From the NCBI GenBank assembly GCA_945859975.1, contig CAMAPH010000019.1, positions 1-49,619 of the forward strand: DNA of 49,619 bases, written 5' to 3'. Positions 1 through 9,592 of the stretch are shown here, in pieces. The notes under the pieces are model-generated. The model searched no databases and was not told the DNA's origin. It saw only the letters and a program-made list of their open reading frames with translations. Position numbers and translations under genes: made by a program. The stretch comes from Chthonomonas calidirosea (GTDB taxonomy: Bacteria; Armatimonadota; Fimbriimonadia; Fimbriimonadales; Fimbriimonadaceae). The stretch's first letter is position 1. The number at the start of each line of letters is the position of its first letter.

Positions 1-1500
1 CTCGGCGACTTCCTTCACCGCCCTCTCGGCAATCGTCATTTGCCGAACGCTCAGCTTTTCGGGAAGCGACGAGAAGAAGGCTAGACCGTCCTCAATCGAC
101 ATCCGAGTGACGTCCGACATGTCCAGGTCGGCAATCTTCACCGCTAGCGAATCTGGCTTGAGTCGACGACCATTACAGGTCGGGCACGGCTTGGTGCTCA
201 TGTACTGCTCCAAGTCCTGCTTCACCCACTCGCTCTCGGTCTCGTCGTATCGCTTGCGCAACGACGCCAAAACCCCGCGCCATTCGGACTTGAAGGTGCG
301 CTCCGACTTTCCGTACTTCATCACGACGGTAATCGGATCTGGAAGGCCATGCCAAACCGCGTGCAACTTGTCCTCGGGAATCTGGCCAATCGGCAAGCTA
401 GCATCAAACCCAACTGTCTTCCCGACCGCATCTAGCATCTCCGGCCACCAGTCTTTGACCTCACCGGACTTGTACACAAACGGCACAATCGCGCCGTTTC
501 TCAGTTCCTTGGTGGTGTCGGGTGCAATCAATTGCGGGTCGAATTCAGTCTTGGTACCGAGCCCCGTACAGTCCGGACAAGCGCCGTACGGCGAGTTGAA
601 CGAGAACATGCGTGGCTCAAGTTCAGGAATCGAGAATCCGCAAATTGGACAGGAATACGATTCGGAAAAGAGAAGATCGAACTCCTTTTGATCGGGCGCA
701 AGCTGACCATCTGCTTGCTGGGCGGCAAGTGCGGTGATCGCCGGCGGAATCTCCGCGTCGTCTGGAAAACCAACGAGCAGTTGCAAAAGGCCCTTGCCCA
801 TTTTCAGCGCCGCTTCGATAGAATCGGCCATTCGTCGCTCGATGCCTTCCTTGACCACGAGTCGGTCGACGACCACTTCGATGGTGTGCTGCTTGTACCG
901 ATCCATCGGAATGTCATCGGTGACCTCGAACATCTGCCCGTCCACCCGAACGCGAACGTAGCCCGCCTTCGCGATATCGACAAGTTCCTTTTTGTACTCA
1001 CCCTTTCGTCCACGAATGACCGGAGAAAGAATCTGAAGGCGCGTCCCCTCGGGGAGTTGTCGGGCGACGTCAACAATCTGGTCCGTGCTTTGGCGCTGAA
1101 TCGGCCCGTGCCCGTTCAGACAGAACGGAGTACCAACTCGAGCGAAGAGAATTCGCAGGTAGTCGTAAATCTCCGTGACCGTTCCGACGGTAGATCGTGG
1201 GTTCTTGCTTGCCGTCTTTTGGTCAATCGAAACCGCCGGAGAAAGACCATCAATGTGATCCACATCGGGCTTGTCCATCTGACCCAGAAACTGCCGGGCA
1301 TAGGCACTGAGCGACTCGACGTATCGCCGCTGTCCTTCGGCATAGATGGTGTCAAATGCAAGCGACGACTTGCCGCTGCCAGATAGTCCCGTGATCACAA
1401 CCAACTGGTCGCGAGGAATCTCTACCGTGATGTTTTTGAGATTGTTCTCACGGGCACCGACCACCACGATTCGATCATTAAGGACGCGCTTTACGCTCAT
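1..1500 (-). CDS. uvrA: Excinuclease ABC subunit A (5' part; runs off the window start)
   Basis: Reverse strand from ATG at 1500 reads [65 protein letters not shown], the UvrA N-terminus with Walker A. Absent from the ORF track because no stop lies in the window. Confidence 0.97.
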   Translation of the reverse strand, partial: MSVKRVLNDRIVVVGARENNLKNITVEIPRDQLVVITGLSGSGKSSLAFDTIYAEGQRRYVESLSAYARQFLGQMDKPDVDHIDGLSPAVSIDQKTASKNPRSTVGTVTEIYDYLRILFARVGTPFCLNGHGPIQRQSTDQIVDVARQLPEGTRLQILSPVIRGRKGEYKKELVDIAKAGYVRVRVDGQMFEVTDDIPMDRYKQHTIEVVVDRLVVKEGIERRMADSIEAALKMGKGLLQLLVGFPDDAEIPPAITALAAQQADGQLAPDQKEFDLLFSESYSCPICGFSIPELEPRMFSFNSPYGACPDCTGLGTKTEFDPQLIAPDTTKELRNGAIVPFVYKSGEVKDWWPEMLDAVGKTVGFDASLPIGQIPEDKLHAVWHGLPDPITVVMKYGKSERTFKSEWRGVLASLRKRYDETESEWVKQDLEQYMSTKPCPTCNGRRLKPDSLAVKIADLDMSDVTRMSIEDGLAFFSSLPEKLSVRQMTIAERAVKEVAE

Positions 1501-1631
1501 AAAAACCTGTAGACACCGTTCTACCATAACCAGCGGTCAAACGTCGAGACGCGGCGGGCAGATAAAGATTCTGACGGAACTTTCGCCGAATCGCACTAGA
1601 CGAACCCGCTTGCGGGTGAAATGATATCGCC

Positions 1632-2012
1632 ATGGCGAAACAACGCGTGCTTCAGTACCAAATTGAGTGGGACCTAAAAAGCGGAAAGGGCGAGGCCTTC
1701 TTCGTTTGCCAAGTTGACGACGAGAGTGACGACACCGCGATCCATCGAGTGAAGGACATCGACGACGACAGCTTCGAAGTTCTCCAGCACCTCACTCGCA
1801 GCGGCGATTCTCTCTTCTTCGATGCGGACACCCAAGTCATCGGCACCGCGCTCGTAAGTCTCGACGACGAAGAGTGGGAAGAGGACGAGGAAGAATTCGA
1901 CGACATCTTCGAGATTGAAGAAGAAGATGAGGACGAAGAGGAATCTGAAGACGAGGAGTCCGAGGACGAGTCTGAAGAAACCGAAGAAGACAAGCCAACC
2001 CCCGCCGCCTAA
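1632..2012 (+). CDS. Hypothetical protein with a very acidic D/E-rich C-terminal tail
   Basis: 126-aa ORF with a globular-looking N-terminus and a long D/E tract, followed by a strong hairpin. Confidence 0.8.
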   Translation: MAKQRVLQYQIEWDLKSGKGEAFFVCQVDDESDDTAIHRVKDIDDDSFEVLQHLTRSGDSLFFDADTQVIGTALVSLDDEEWEEDEEEFDDIFEIEEEDEDEEESEDEESEDESEETEEDKPTPAA

Positions 2013-2022
2013 TCTGAATCAC

Positions 2023-2060
2023 GTCCCGGTTCCGGTCGATCACCATCGCCGGGACCGGGA
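2023..2060 (+). terminator. GC-rich stem-loop after the acidic-protein gene, probable terminator
   Basis: TCCCGGTTCCGG-TCGAT-CACC-ATCG-CCGGGACCGGGA inverted repeat about 10 nt after the stop; only a short T run follows. Confidence 0.55.
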
Positions 2061-2145
2061 GCTTTGAAATTCCCGGCCCATTGAACGCGTAACTGTACGG
2101 CATGGGTTGCGCAAGCCCACGCGGCTGCGGTCGGGGAATAATGCA

Positions 2146-4809
2146 TTGTTGGACAAGGTGACGAGCGGATCAGAAATCAGCCTGTCCGTGCTCGGCAAGT
2201 TCCATCTCCAGATTGGCGACAAGTCCGTTGATCGACTCCGCACTCGAAAAACCGAAGGACTGCTGGCCTGGCTAGCCGTTCACGAGGAAAAGTCGTTCTC
2301 ACGCCAGTACCTTGCCGATCTGTTTTGGCCAGAAGACGATCCTTCCACAAGCCGAAACAAACTGCGCCTCGCCCTTCACTCCATCCGGACGAGCGTCGGC
2401 GACAACCTCGACTCTGACGCCCAATCAGTTCGCCTCCGCAAGATCTTCTGCGATGCCAACGTGCAGACCGACGCGGACTCGCAGCTCATTCTGCTGGGCT
2501 ACGACGGCGCCTGGGTGGACGAGCTGCGGCAGAGCCATGAGCTCCGGAAGTTTGAATCCACGATTCAAACCATGGGCCGGGCCGCGACCCAGTCCGATGG
2601 CTTGGCAAGCACCGAAATTTTTGCCCTCATCGCCGCCGACCCGCAACAACCCGAATGGTACGTCACCCTTTGGCGCACGCTGATCCGCGAAAGAAAAGTC
2701 GCCGTGGCGCGCAGCCTCGCGTTGCTAGCCGGATCGCTCTTTAGCGAAGCCCTTCCAGAAGAAATGCGATCGACTGGCACACGCTGGCAACGCAAGCCTT
2801 CGTTCGTTGGCCGCTCGCTTGAGTTGGCCCAGATCGCGAACGAGCTGTTCGGCGAGCAAGAGCCCAAGCGGCTGCTCCTCGTAGGCTCCGGCGGAATCGG
2901 CAAAACTCGGCTCGCGCAGGAAGCGTTACGCCTCGCCTCTGCCAGCGACCTCGACATCGCGATCGCCCGTTGCCTTGGCGTTGTGGAGCAGGGCGACCTT
3001 CGGATCAAAGTCGTTTCCGCCCTCGCCGCCGTCTCACCTGGATTAACTGCAGAGGGTTTCGATGCTCGAGAACTGCCGCCGACTGTGCTTCTGCTTGACA
3101 ACGTTGAGGATCTGAATTCCGAGGCTGAAGCGTGGCTCAGCACGCTCCTCGTTGATGGGTCCAGCTTACGGATACTCGCCACCTCGCAGAGACGCATCCC
3201 CGGCTGGGAACGCGAGACTTTGAACCTAGCGCCGTTACGATGGCGAACCAAAAACGCCGCTGACGTCCGAAAATCTGAATCTGCTCAACTGCTCGCTCGA
3301 CAGGCCGACCTCGATCTAGATGAAATTCCGATGCACGAACTTGCGGAAGCGGTGCGCCTGCTAGGGGGAGTTCCGTTGGCCATTCAACTTTTTGCCGCGC
3401 AGTTGCGCAAGGAATCTCTGGCGAGCGCGGTTGCAGCCTTGGCGGCCAACCAAACCGATGCCATCGGCGTTTTCGGGAATCCAGAGCAGAGGCACCAGAA
3501 TTTCGCCGCCTGCGTGAACTGGAGCCTAAGCGTCGCCGGGCCGGTCGTCGAGAGCAATCTCGTCGCGTTGTGCTGCTTCCCAAATGGATTCACCCGTGAA
3601 ACCGCCGGTACCTTGGGGATTTCGGGGGCTGCCATCGACGAGCTGATGACCGGTGGCTGGGTTTTCAAGCGCGAAGATTCAACCGCGCTCGAAATTCTCC
3701 CTCCGGTTCAGCGGCACCTCGCTCATCGCATCACTCCCGAGCATCGCTCGCGAGCTGAGCAAGCGATCTTTGACTACTTCACTTCACCGCATATGCGGAC
3801 CTTCAATCCGCAGTACTACGCCCTCGTCGAGCCGGTTCACACGCACGCGGTAGAGGTTCGAGCCGCGATTGAAAACGCGCTCCGAACGGGAGAGTTCACC
3901 GGCGCTGCGCAAATGTGGGTTTGTCTTTACCAAACCTCACTTGCAAACGGCACTCTATCGGAAGATTTGCCGCTGCTTGAGCGAATACTTGGCTCACTTC
4001 CAACGGTCCACGCGTTGCCAGAGATCTTCAACACCGGCGGTGGTGCCTACTTTTATGCTGGGGATTACCAGCGCGCGACCGAATCGTTCTGGAAAGCGCT
4101 TGAAGTCTGCGACGAAGGCGCAATCGGTGTCACTTACTCAAACATCGGCATCACCGCCCTTCACGGCGATCAGTTTGCGCAGGCCGAAGAATGGCTCCGG
4201 ACCTCGATGCAGTACACCGAAGAGCTTCCTAGAAGGCGACTTCTTAAGCTGATGAACATCGCAGAAGTTCTGATCCAAAACCAGCAATTCGAGGAAGGCC
4301 AAGCCGTGATCGACGAAGCGCTGACCGTTCACAGCCCTTCGCGGGATGTTCAGGTTCATCGGGCGATGGCCTACGGCTGCTTGGCCGACCTTGAAATTGA
4401 GAAGGGGAACTTGGACGCGGCGATCGCCGCTTGCATCATGGCAAAGGACATTTACTCCGAGTTCGATGAGAAGGTCCGCTGGCAACAGACCGTTGGTAAA
4501 CAGGCCTATCTCGCGGCCCGCCGAGGCGCTAGACAGGAATGTCTGGCTCGACTTGAAGAAATGATGAGTGCCAGCCCACCGCCTCGAGTTTGGCTCGACT
4601 CGCTGACCGTTAGCCTTTGGCTACTCGGAAACGAAACCGACGCCCGGTTCTTTGCGGGCAACGCCGAATACCGATTTATTGACCTCTGGGCTCGCCGAGC
4701 ATGGGCCAGGCACGGCATTCCTCTGCCCCCAAACACCGTGGTCAGTGAGCGGAAAGTGACTTCCTACGAGCTCCGCCTCTCCGCCCGTGCCTCGCTCAAG
4801 CGCACTTGA
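2146..4809 (+). CDS. AfsR/SARP-like regulator: winged HTH, reduced BTAD, STAND-type ATPase and TPR
   Basis: N-terminal LGKFHL...RTRKTEGLLAWLA...SRQYLADLFWPE...LRLALHSIR; FVGRSLEL; Walker A GSGGIGKT; Walker B LLLDNVE; GGVPLAI; C-terminal TPR-like helices. Start uncertain (2107/2146/2149/2158). Confidence 0.85.
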   Translation: MLDKVTSGSEISLSVLGKFHLQIGDKSVDRLRTRKTEGLLAWLAVHEEKSFSRQYLADLFWPEDDPSTSRNKLRLALHSIRTSVGDNLDSDAQSVRLRKIFCDANVQTDADSQLILLGYDGAWVDELRQSHELRKFESTIQTMGRAATQSDGLASTEIFALIAADPQQPEWYVTLWRTLIRERKVAVARSLALLAGSLFSEALPEEMRSTGTRWQRKPSFVGRSLELAQIANELFGEQEPKRLLLVGSGGIGKTRLAQEALRLASASDLDIAIARCLGVVEQGDLRIKVVSALAAVSPGLTAEGFDARELPPTVLLLDNVEDLNSEAEAWLSTLLVDGSSLRILATSQRRIPGWERETLNLAPLRWRTKNAADVRKSESAQLLARQADLDLDEIPMHELAEAVRLLGGVPLAIQLFAAQLRKESLASAVAALAANQTDAIGVFGNPEQRHQNFAACVNWSLSVAGPVVESNLVALCCFPNGFTRETAGTLGISGAAIDELMTGGWVFKREDSTALEILPPVQRHLAHRITPEHRSRAEQAIFDYFTSPHMRTFNPQYYALVEPVHTHAVEVRAAIENALRTGEFTGAAQMWVCLYQTSLANGTLSEDLPLLERILGSLPTVHALPEIFNTGGGAYFYAGDYQRATESFWKALEVCDEGAIGVTYSNIGITALHGDQFAQAEEWLRTSMQYTEELPRRRLLKLMNIAEVLIQNQQFEEGQAVIDEALTVHSPSRDVQVHRAMAYGCLADLEIEKGNLDAAIAACIMAKDIYSEFDEKVRWQQTVGKQAYLAARRGARQECLARLEEMMSASPPPRVWLDSLTVSLWLLGNETDARFFAGNAEYRFIDLWARRAWARHGIPLPPNTVVSERKVTSYELRLSARASLKRT

Positions 4810-4826
4810 AACGCGGTTGAAACGCG
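4806..4826 (+). repeat. Direct repeat TTGAAACGCG x2 with 11-bp period, putative SARP/OmpR-type binding site
   Basis: TTGAAACGCG at 4806-4815 and 4817-4826, overlapping the regulator stop codon; AATACT/TACTCT follows at 4834-4841. Confidence 0.6.
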
Positions 4827-4926
4827 CACCGCGAATACTCTCCTTGGCCGCGGAAATCAATTGGCGTCGCATAGGCACCGAGGAACGCGGCTTACGAGTT
4901 CGCAAGCAGTGAAAGCAGGGGCTTGC

Positions 4927-5400
4927 TTAGGCGTTCAGGCGCCAAATCACGAAGTTGAGCACGCTAGCGAATGTGACCCAGGCCAGGTAGGGCACGAGAA
5001 TCCAGGCTGCCCGGGCTTGGATTCGGGCGAACAGCAGGATCGTGACAAGGATCGCCACCCACATCATTAGAATTTCAGCGAACGCCGGGCCAAGCTGCCG
5101 ACCGGCGAAGAATAGCCAGGACCAAGCGACGTTCAGCACCAATTGAAGACCAAAAGCCACGTACGCTGCGGTCTTCTTTTCGCTGTCCGACTGCACGATC
5201 CAGAACAGCGAGAGCCCCATCAAAAAGAATAGAACCGTCCAAACCGGAGCAAAAACGAGATTCGGTGGATTCCAGCTCGGCTTGTTGATCTGCTCATACC
5301 ACGGCCCAAGTCCGCGAATCGAACCCTGCGCGCCGACGAAGCTCGCCGAAAACACGAGGGTCTGGCACAAAAGGAAACGGATGACCGGAGTGCCAAACAT
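4927..5400 (-). CDS. tspO: TspO/MBR tryptophan-rich sensory protein
   Basis: WYEQINKPSWNPPNLVFAPVWTVL, LNVAWSWLFF and PYLAWVTFASVLN are TspO signatures. Confidence 0.93.
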   Translation of the reverse strand: MFGTPVIRFLLCQTLVFSASFVGAQGSIRGLGPWYEQINKPSWNPPNLVFAPVWTVLFFLMGLSLFWIVQSDSEKKTAAYVAFGLQLVLNVAWSWLFFAGRQLGPAFAEILMMWVAILVTILLFARIQARAAWILVPYLAWVTFASVLNFVIWRLNA

Positions 5401-5502
5401 TAACCCAGTTTAGTCCTCCAAGGATTTTCCGGCAAACCCATCACAAGGCCGCGCGTAGTTTTCAAATTGCCCGTTATCGGAAAAAAGACATACACTGACA
5501 CC

Positions 5503-6600
5503 ATGAAATTTAAATCGCTGATGGTCTTCGGCCTGATCGTGACCGCCAATGTCGGATCGGCGATCACTTGGTGCCACGACTACACCCTCTATCGGGCCAG
5601 TCAGTTCGCGACCGGGAAAGGCAAGGACTTCAACAACATGGACCCAATGGGCCTCAAGAGTCGGTTGACCGCTCTTGGCTACTCCCTTGCGTTCATGGCA
5701 CGTCCTGGGGATTCGCAGGCACTCCAAGCGGGTGACGTCATCATCATCGGAAACGCAAGTGAGGGCCAGCCAGAAGACCACTCGGGGTTTGTCACAGACG
5801 GCGAGGGCCACATTGACCACCTGATTCAGATGTTTGGAAGCTCAGGAATGCCACGTGACGTGAGCCAAATTGCGAACGTTATGGACCCGGCGTTCGGAGA
5901 GCCACTGCTGCGACGCGGCTGGACAATCAGTGATTTGCGGAACCGCAAGCGCACGGTAAACGGCGTGAGCAGCGACAGCATATATAAAAACAAGACCTTC
6001 CAAATCTTCCGACGAGCTCGGCTCATGACCGACGAGGTGAACGTTTGGACCTCGACCGCCGCCAACCCAGAACCGGCCGGCACCCTTCCAAAGATTTCGC
6101 CCACTGTCAACTGGAAGCTCGGCACTATCCAGTATGTGAACGCAACCAACAATAGAATCCAGATCGAGTTCACCCTCCCACCAAATATCATCCTCGACGG
6201 TGAAGAGGTTCAACTGAAAGCTGAAATTCGGCACCAGGCCAGCAACGCTTACGCTCCTGACCAATTCAAATTGGACGTCGGCGGCAATGTAAAAAAGCCC
6301 CGACCGTTGCACGGAGGCATCTTCGCAGACCCGACCCAGTACAGCGTCGCCGTGAGCCTCAATGACCCAGAAGCAGCTCTCGTCACTTTCTCCACGCCCG
6401 ACGGCCGACAGATCAAAGATGCCGCTCCCGCGAAAGGTGAAGTTCGCTTCCCCTGGCCAAAGTTCGTGCCAAACGAGGTCATTGAGTACCGAGACCTGAG
6501 CCTGCGACTGAGCGGAGTCGGGACGTACCGACTTCGATACCAGCGGCAAAGCATGAAACTTCGCGACGCCCTCGCCTTGAAGTTCCCTGACATGAAGTAA
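5503..6600 (+). CDS. Secreted hypothetical protein with a possible N-terminal Cys/His (NlpC/P60 or CHAP-like) amidase domain
   Basis: Signal peptide MKFKSLMVFGLIVTANVGSA; WCHDY...LQAGDVIIIG...DHSGFV pattern; TACACT 6 nt before ATG 5503. Confidence 0.65.
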   Translation: MKFKSLMVFGLIVTANVGSAITWCHDYTLYRASQFATGKGKDFNNMDPMGLKSRLTALGYSLAFMARPGDSQALQAGDVIIIGNASEGQPEDHSGFVTDGEGHIDHLIQMFGSSGMPRDVSQIANVMDPAFGEPLLRRGWTISDLRNRKRTVNGVSSDSIYKNKTFQIFRRARLMTDEVNVWTSTAANPEPAGTLPKISPTVNWKLGTIQYVNATNNRIQIEFTLPPNIILDGEEVQLKAEIRHQASNAYAPDQFKLDVGGNVKKPRPLHGGIFADPTQYSVAVSLNDPEAALVTFSTPDGRQIKDAAPAKGEVRFPWPKFVPNEVIEYRDLSLRLSGVGTYRLRYQRQSMKLRDALALKFPDMK

Positions 6601-6602
6601 GC

Positions 6603-7409
6603 CTAACTACGGCCGTTCTTCAAGAACTGCAGCAGCGTCTGGTTGAAAAGCTCCGGACGCTGCCACGGCGCAAAGTGGCTCACGTGCGGCAGGATGATCA
6701 GTTCGCTGCTCGGCAACTCGCGATGGAGATATTCCATGTGCTCACGCTTGATGAACTCGTCATTCTCGCCAAGAACAAGTGCAACCGGTATCGTGATGGC
6801 GTTCAGTTCGGCTGCGCTGAAGTTTGGCTCGGTCTTTTGCATGAGCCCGGTCGCTGCGTTCAGCGCTTCCCATCCCTCCGGATTCGGAGAAAGCTCCGCG
6901 AAATCCGATTGATGCCGCGCAAAGCACCGCTGTAACGCCGGGCCGAATTCGGTCAACTCCATCGTGCCGCTCGGGTCCATGTTGCAGGCGAAGAAGAACA
7001 CACCCGGCACTCTCTCCGGCTGCATCTGCGCGAGCACCATTGCCGTACAAGCACCGTCACTCCAACCCACTAGAGCCGCGCGATCAACGTTCAACTCGTC
7101 GAGAACGGCGAGGACGTCCTTTGCAAGCAATTGATAGGTTAACGGTCGCTCATCCATCGTGCTGCGACCATGGCCTCGAGTATCGATTGTGATGACTCGA
7201 TATCCCGACTCTAGCAAGACAGGAACCTGATATCCCCAATTCCCGCTGTGCCCGAGCCCTCCGTGAAGCAAAACCACGGCCGGCCCTTCACCGCAAGAAG
7301 CAACCCAAACCTTCGCCGCGGCCGACTCCACAATGCGAACAGATGCCCCTTCAGGCAAAGCTGGAACGCCCACAGATTCAAACTGCTCAAGCTGGTCGTC
7401 AACGAACAC
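6603..7409 (-). CDS. Alpha/beta fold hydrolase
   Basis: LLHGGLG, DTRGHGRS, nucleophile elbow GWSDG, GENDEFI and C-terminal SHF catalytic His. Confidence 0.92.
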   Translation of the reverse strand: MFVDDQLEQFESVGVPALPEGASVRIVESAAAKVWVASCGEGPAVVLLHGGLGHSGNWGYQVPVLLESGYRVITIDTRGHGRSTMDERPLTYQLLAKDVLAVLDELNVDRAALVGWSDGACTAMVLAQMQPERVPGVFFFACNMDPSGTMELTEFGPALQRCFARHQSDFAELSPNPEGWEALNAATGLMQKTEPNFSAAELNAITIPVALVLGENDEFIKREHMEYLHRELPSSELIILPHVSHFAPWQRPELFNQTLLQFLKNGRS

Positions 7410-7449
7410 AGTTCCGATTCTATTCCTAACGAACGCAGCAAGCGCTTAC

Positions 7450-9009
7450 TCAGTTCAGTCGGATGATCACGCGCTTACCTTCGATGGAAACTTCCCCCTT
7501 GACGTCATTGAGGGTCACTCCCGGCCATCGAACTTCCGGCTCCTGAATCGGGCCAGGTTTTACAGATTCCGGACTGCCGGTCAATTGCAAATGAATCCGC
7601 CGGTTCAAGGTGTCAAGCAGAATCGGTCGGGCAGAATCCTCACTAAACTTCAACGCACCAATCGTTCCTTGGATTGGGATGAGTCGATACAGCGTCCGGT
7701 TTGCATCGATGCTCAACACTCCGAATGGCGTGTAAGACAAACCGGGCATTACCGACGGAAGAGCGGAGTAGTCGAGAATCAGTTCTCCTGGTGCCTCTGT
7801 AAATCGACTCAGCTCCGAATCAATGTGCCGTCGTCCGTCTGCCTGCAGTTGCTCTTTCTCCCGAAGCAACGCGGCATAGCGCTCAGTTTTTTCGAGTGCC
7901 GCTTGCGCCTCGGCAAGTTCGCGATCCGATGGCCGAAGAACAGCGGCGGCCAGCGTCGTGAGCGACTCTTCCGAGGTTAAGAGTTTCGAGTGCCACTTCG
8001 CGCCAAGCCGATCCAACAGCGCTCCGATGGCCATGCCGGAGTAGTACATTCGGAACCGCACCGGCGATGCGCCGTACAAGTCGCCGTTCACCCCGATCGA
8101 GCCACTCATAAACCCCCTCATTTTGCGGATAAGCGAGTTTCGAGCAGCCTCAGCTTGAGATCCGTACCCCTGAAACCCTTGGATCAGCCACATCTCCGCC
8201 GATGGGCTGTGGGACATCATCTGCTGCAAGAGTCGGTATTCGACGTACTTCGCCGTTCCTTCGCTGAACTCAACCGCGTCTTCGTACTGACTTTGCTCAT
8301 TTGAAAGCTGTGATCTTCGCGCCTGTCGCGCCGCGAGCCATCGAATTCCGCTCTCGCGCGCTTTCGCCGCGGAACTTGCATTCAGTGCTTCTGCAAGTTC
8401 GTCGGCTTCAATTCCCAACCAAACGTTGTTTGGCACCGATAGGCTGGGATATCGCACGAGCGCACCTTCATTCGCGGACTTCTTTGGAGCGAGCCGCTCT
8501 TGATACACGTGAAATGCCTCATGAGCGAACACCGCCATTGAGTTAATGGGGCTCCCAAACAAGTTGTCCGCGATGAGTTTTGGCGCCTTCGCTGGCTGTG
8601 CGACCACTTCGGCAGCGACGCTCTCAATCATCTGTCGGCGCGTGCTCATCGTGTCGGCAACCACGAGCGTGCGAATCCCGCCAATCTTCATGGTCGTGTT
8701 TTGTCCGTCGAGGCTAAAAGTCGTCTTTCCGTTCCAAAGGTAGATCTTTCCGATTGGGGATCTCACCTTACCGGTGTAGGGCAAGAACCCCGCGGGTGGT
8801 TTGGGGTGGTTAATCAGCACCTCCTGCTTATCGGGGAAGTAGATTAGGATCGGCGTCTTCCGAGGGTCCCATCCGGGCCAAACCGAGTTCGTGTCCCGAC
8901 CAAGCACGCTCCAAACTTCGGCCGCCTGAACCAACAACAGGGGGTCAATTTCCAGAACCGAAGTTGACTGGGTTACAAGCAGCGCAGAGACGGCAGCAAT
9001 GCTGATCAT
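7450..9009 (-). CDS. Secreted HExxH (zincin-like) hypothetical protein
   Basis: Signal-like N-terminus; AHEAFHVYQ motif and downstream EGTAKYVE (gluzincin-like third ligand). Confidence 0.7.
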   Translation of the reverse strand: MISIAAVSALLVTQSTSVLEIDPLLLVQAAEVWSVLGRDTNSVWPGWDPRKTPILIYFPDKQEVLINHPKPPAGFLPYTGKVRSPIGKIYLWNGKTTFSLDGQNTTMKIGGIRTLVVADTMSTRRQMIESVAAEVVAQPAKAPKLIADNLFGSPINSMAVFAHEAFHVYQERLAPKKSANEGALVRYPSLSVPNNVWLGIEADELAEALNASSAAKARESGIRWLAARQARRSQLSNEQSQYEDAVEFSEGTAKYVEYRLLQQMMSHSPSAEMWLIQGFQGYGSQAEAARNSLIRKMRGFMSGSIGVNGDLYGASPVRFRMYYSGMAIGALLDRLGAKWHSKLLTSEESLTTLAAAVLRPSDRELAEAQAALEKTERYAALLREKEQLQADGRRHIDSELSRFTEAPGELILDYSALPSVMPGLSYTPFGVLSIDANRTLYRLIPIQGTIGALKFSEDSARPILLDTLNRRIHLQLTGSPESVKPGPIQEPEVRWPGVTLNDVKGEVSIEGKRVIIRLN

Positions 9010-9064
9010 TTACGAATCGTAAATACCCTTTTGAAGGAAAGAAAGTTCCGGGCAAAATGCAAGG

Positions 9065-9592
9065 GTGCTTGATCGCGCTTTGTCGACGCTTGAACTCACT
9101 GCGCTGGGGGTCATCTACAAGCGAGGACCGTGCTTGGCCCATGCGGTGGTAACCGAATTCTCGGCATCACAGACTTCCGCTTACCGATCAGGCGCTGGTT
9201 CGATTTACCCCTTGTTGCGTCGCCTCACCGAAGCCGGGCTGCTCAGTTGCGAGGACAAGCGCTACACAATCTCCGCGGCGGGGCTCGAGGCGCTTAGGAC
9301 CTGGGTGCTGCCACCTCTATCCGACTCCGCTGGGGCGACCACCTTAGATTCCCTCCGATCACGGACTTACTTCCTCAAGCTCCTCGACAAAAAAGACCAA
9401 GTCGAGTTTTGCCGAGCTGCGATCGAGAAGCTATCCGCAACGCTCGCGAGCTGCGTGACCGATGTGCAGCGATACAGCCAGGCGGGAGATCGGTATAGCG
9501 AGCTCGCCATGCTCGGGGCGGTTAGAGAAACCGAAAGTCGAATCGCTTGGCTGAATGAAGTCCTCGCTGCGATCGAAACTGATCAAAACTGA
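9065..9592 (+). CDS. PadR-family transcriptional regulator
   Basis: GSIYPLLRRLTEAGLL...KRYTISAAGLEALRTW winged helix plus a C-terminal helical domain. Confidence 0.88.
   Translation: MLDRALSTLELTALGVIYKRGPCLAHAVVTEFSASQTSAYRSGAGSIYPLLRRLTEAGLLSCEDKRYTISAAGLEALRTWVLPPLSDSAGATTLDSLRSRTYFLKLLDKKDQVEFCRAAIEKLSATLASCVTDVQRYSQAGDRYSELAMLGAVRETESRIAWLNEVLAAIETDQN

Noticed and set aside
107..1386. Long + strand ORFs (194 and 284 aa)
   Set aside because: They are antisense shadows of uvrA and carry no recognisable motifs.
1860..1995. GAAGA/GACGA-rich repetitive DNA
   Set aside because: It is explained by Asp/Glu codons and is not a tandem repeat or CRISPR array.
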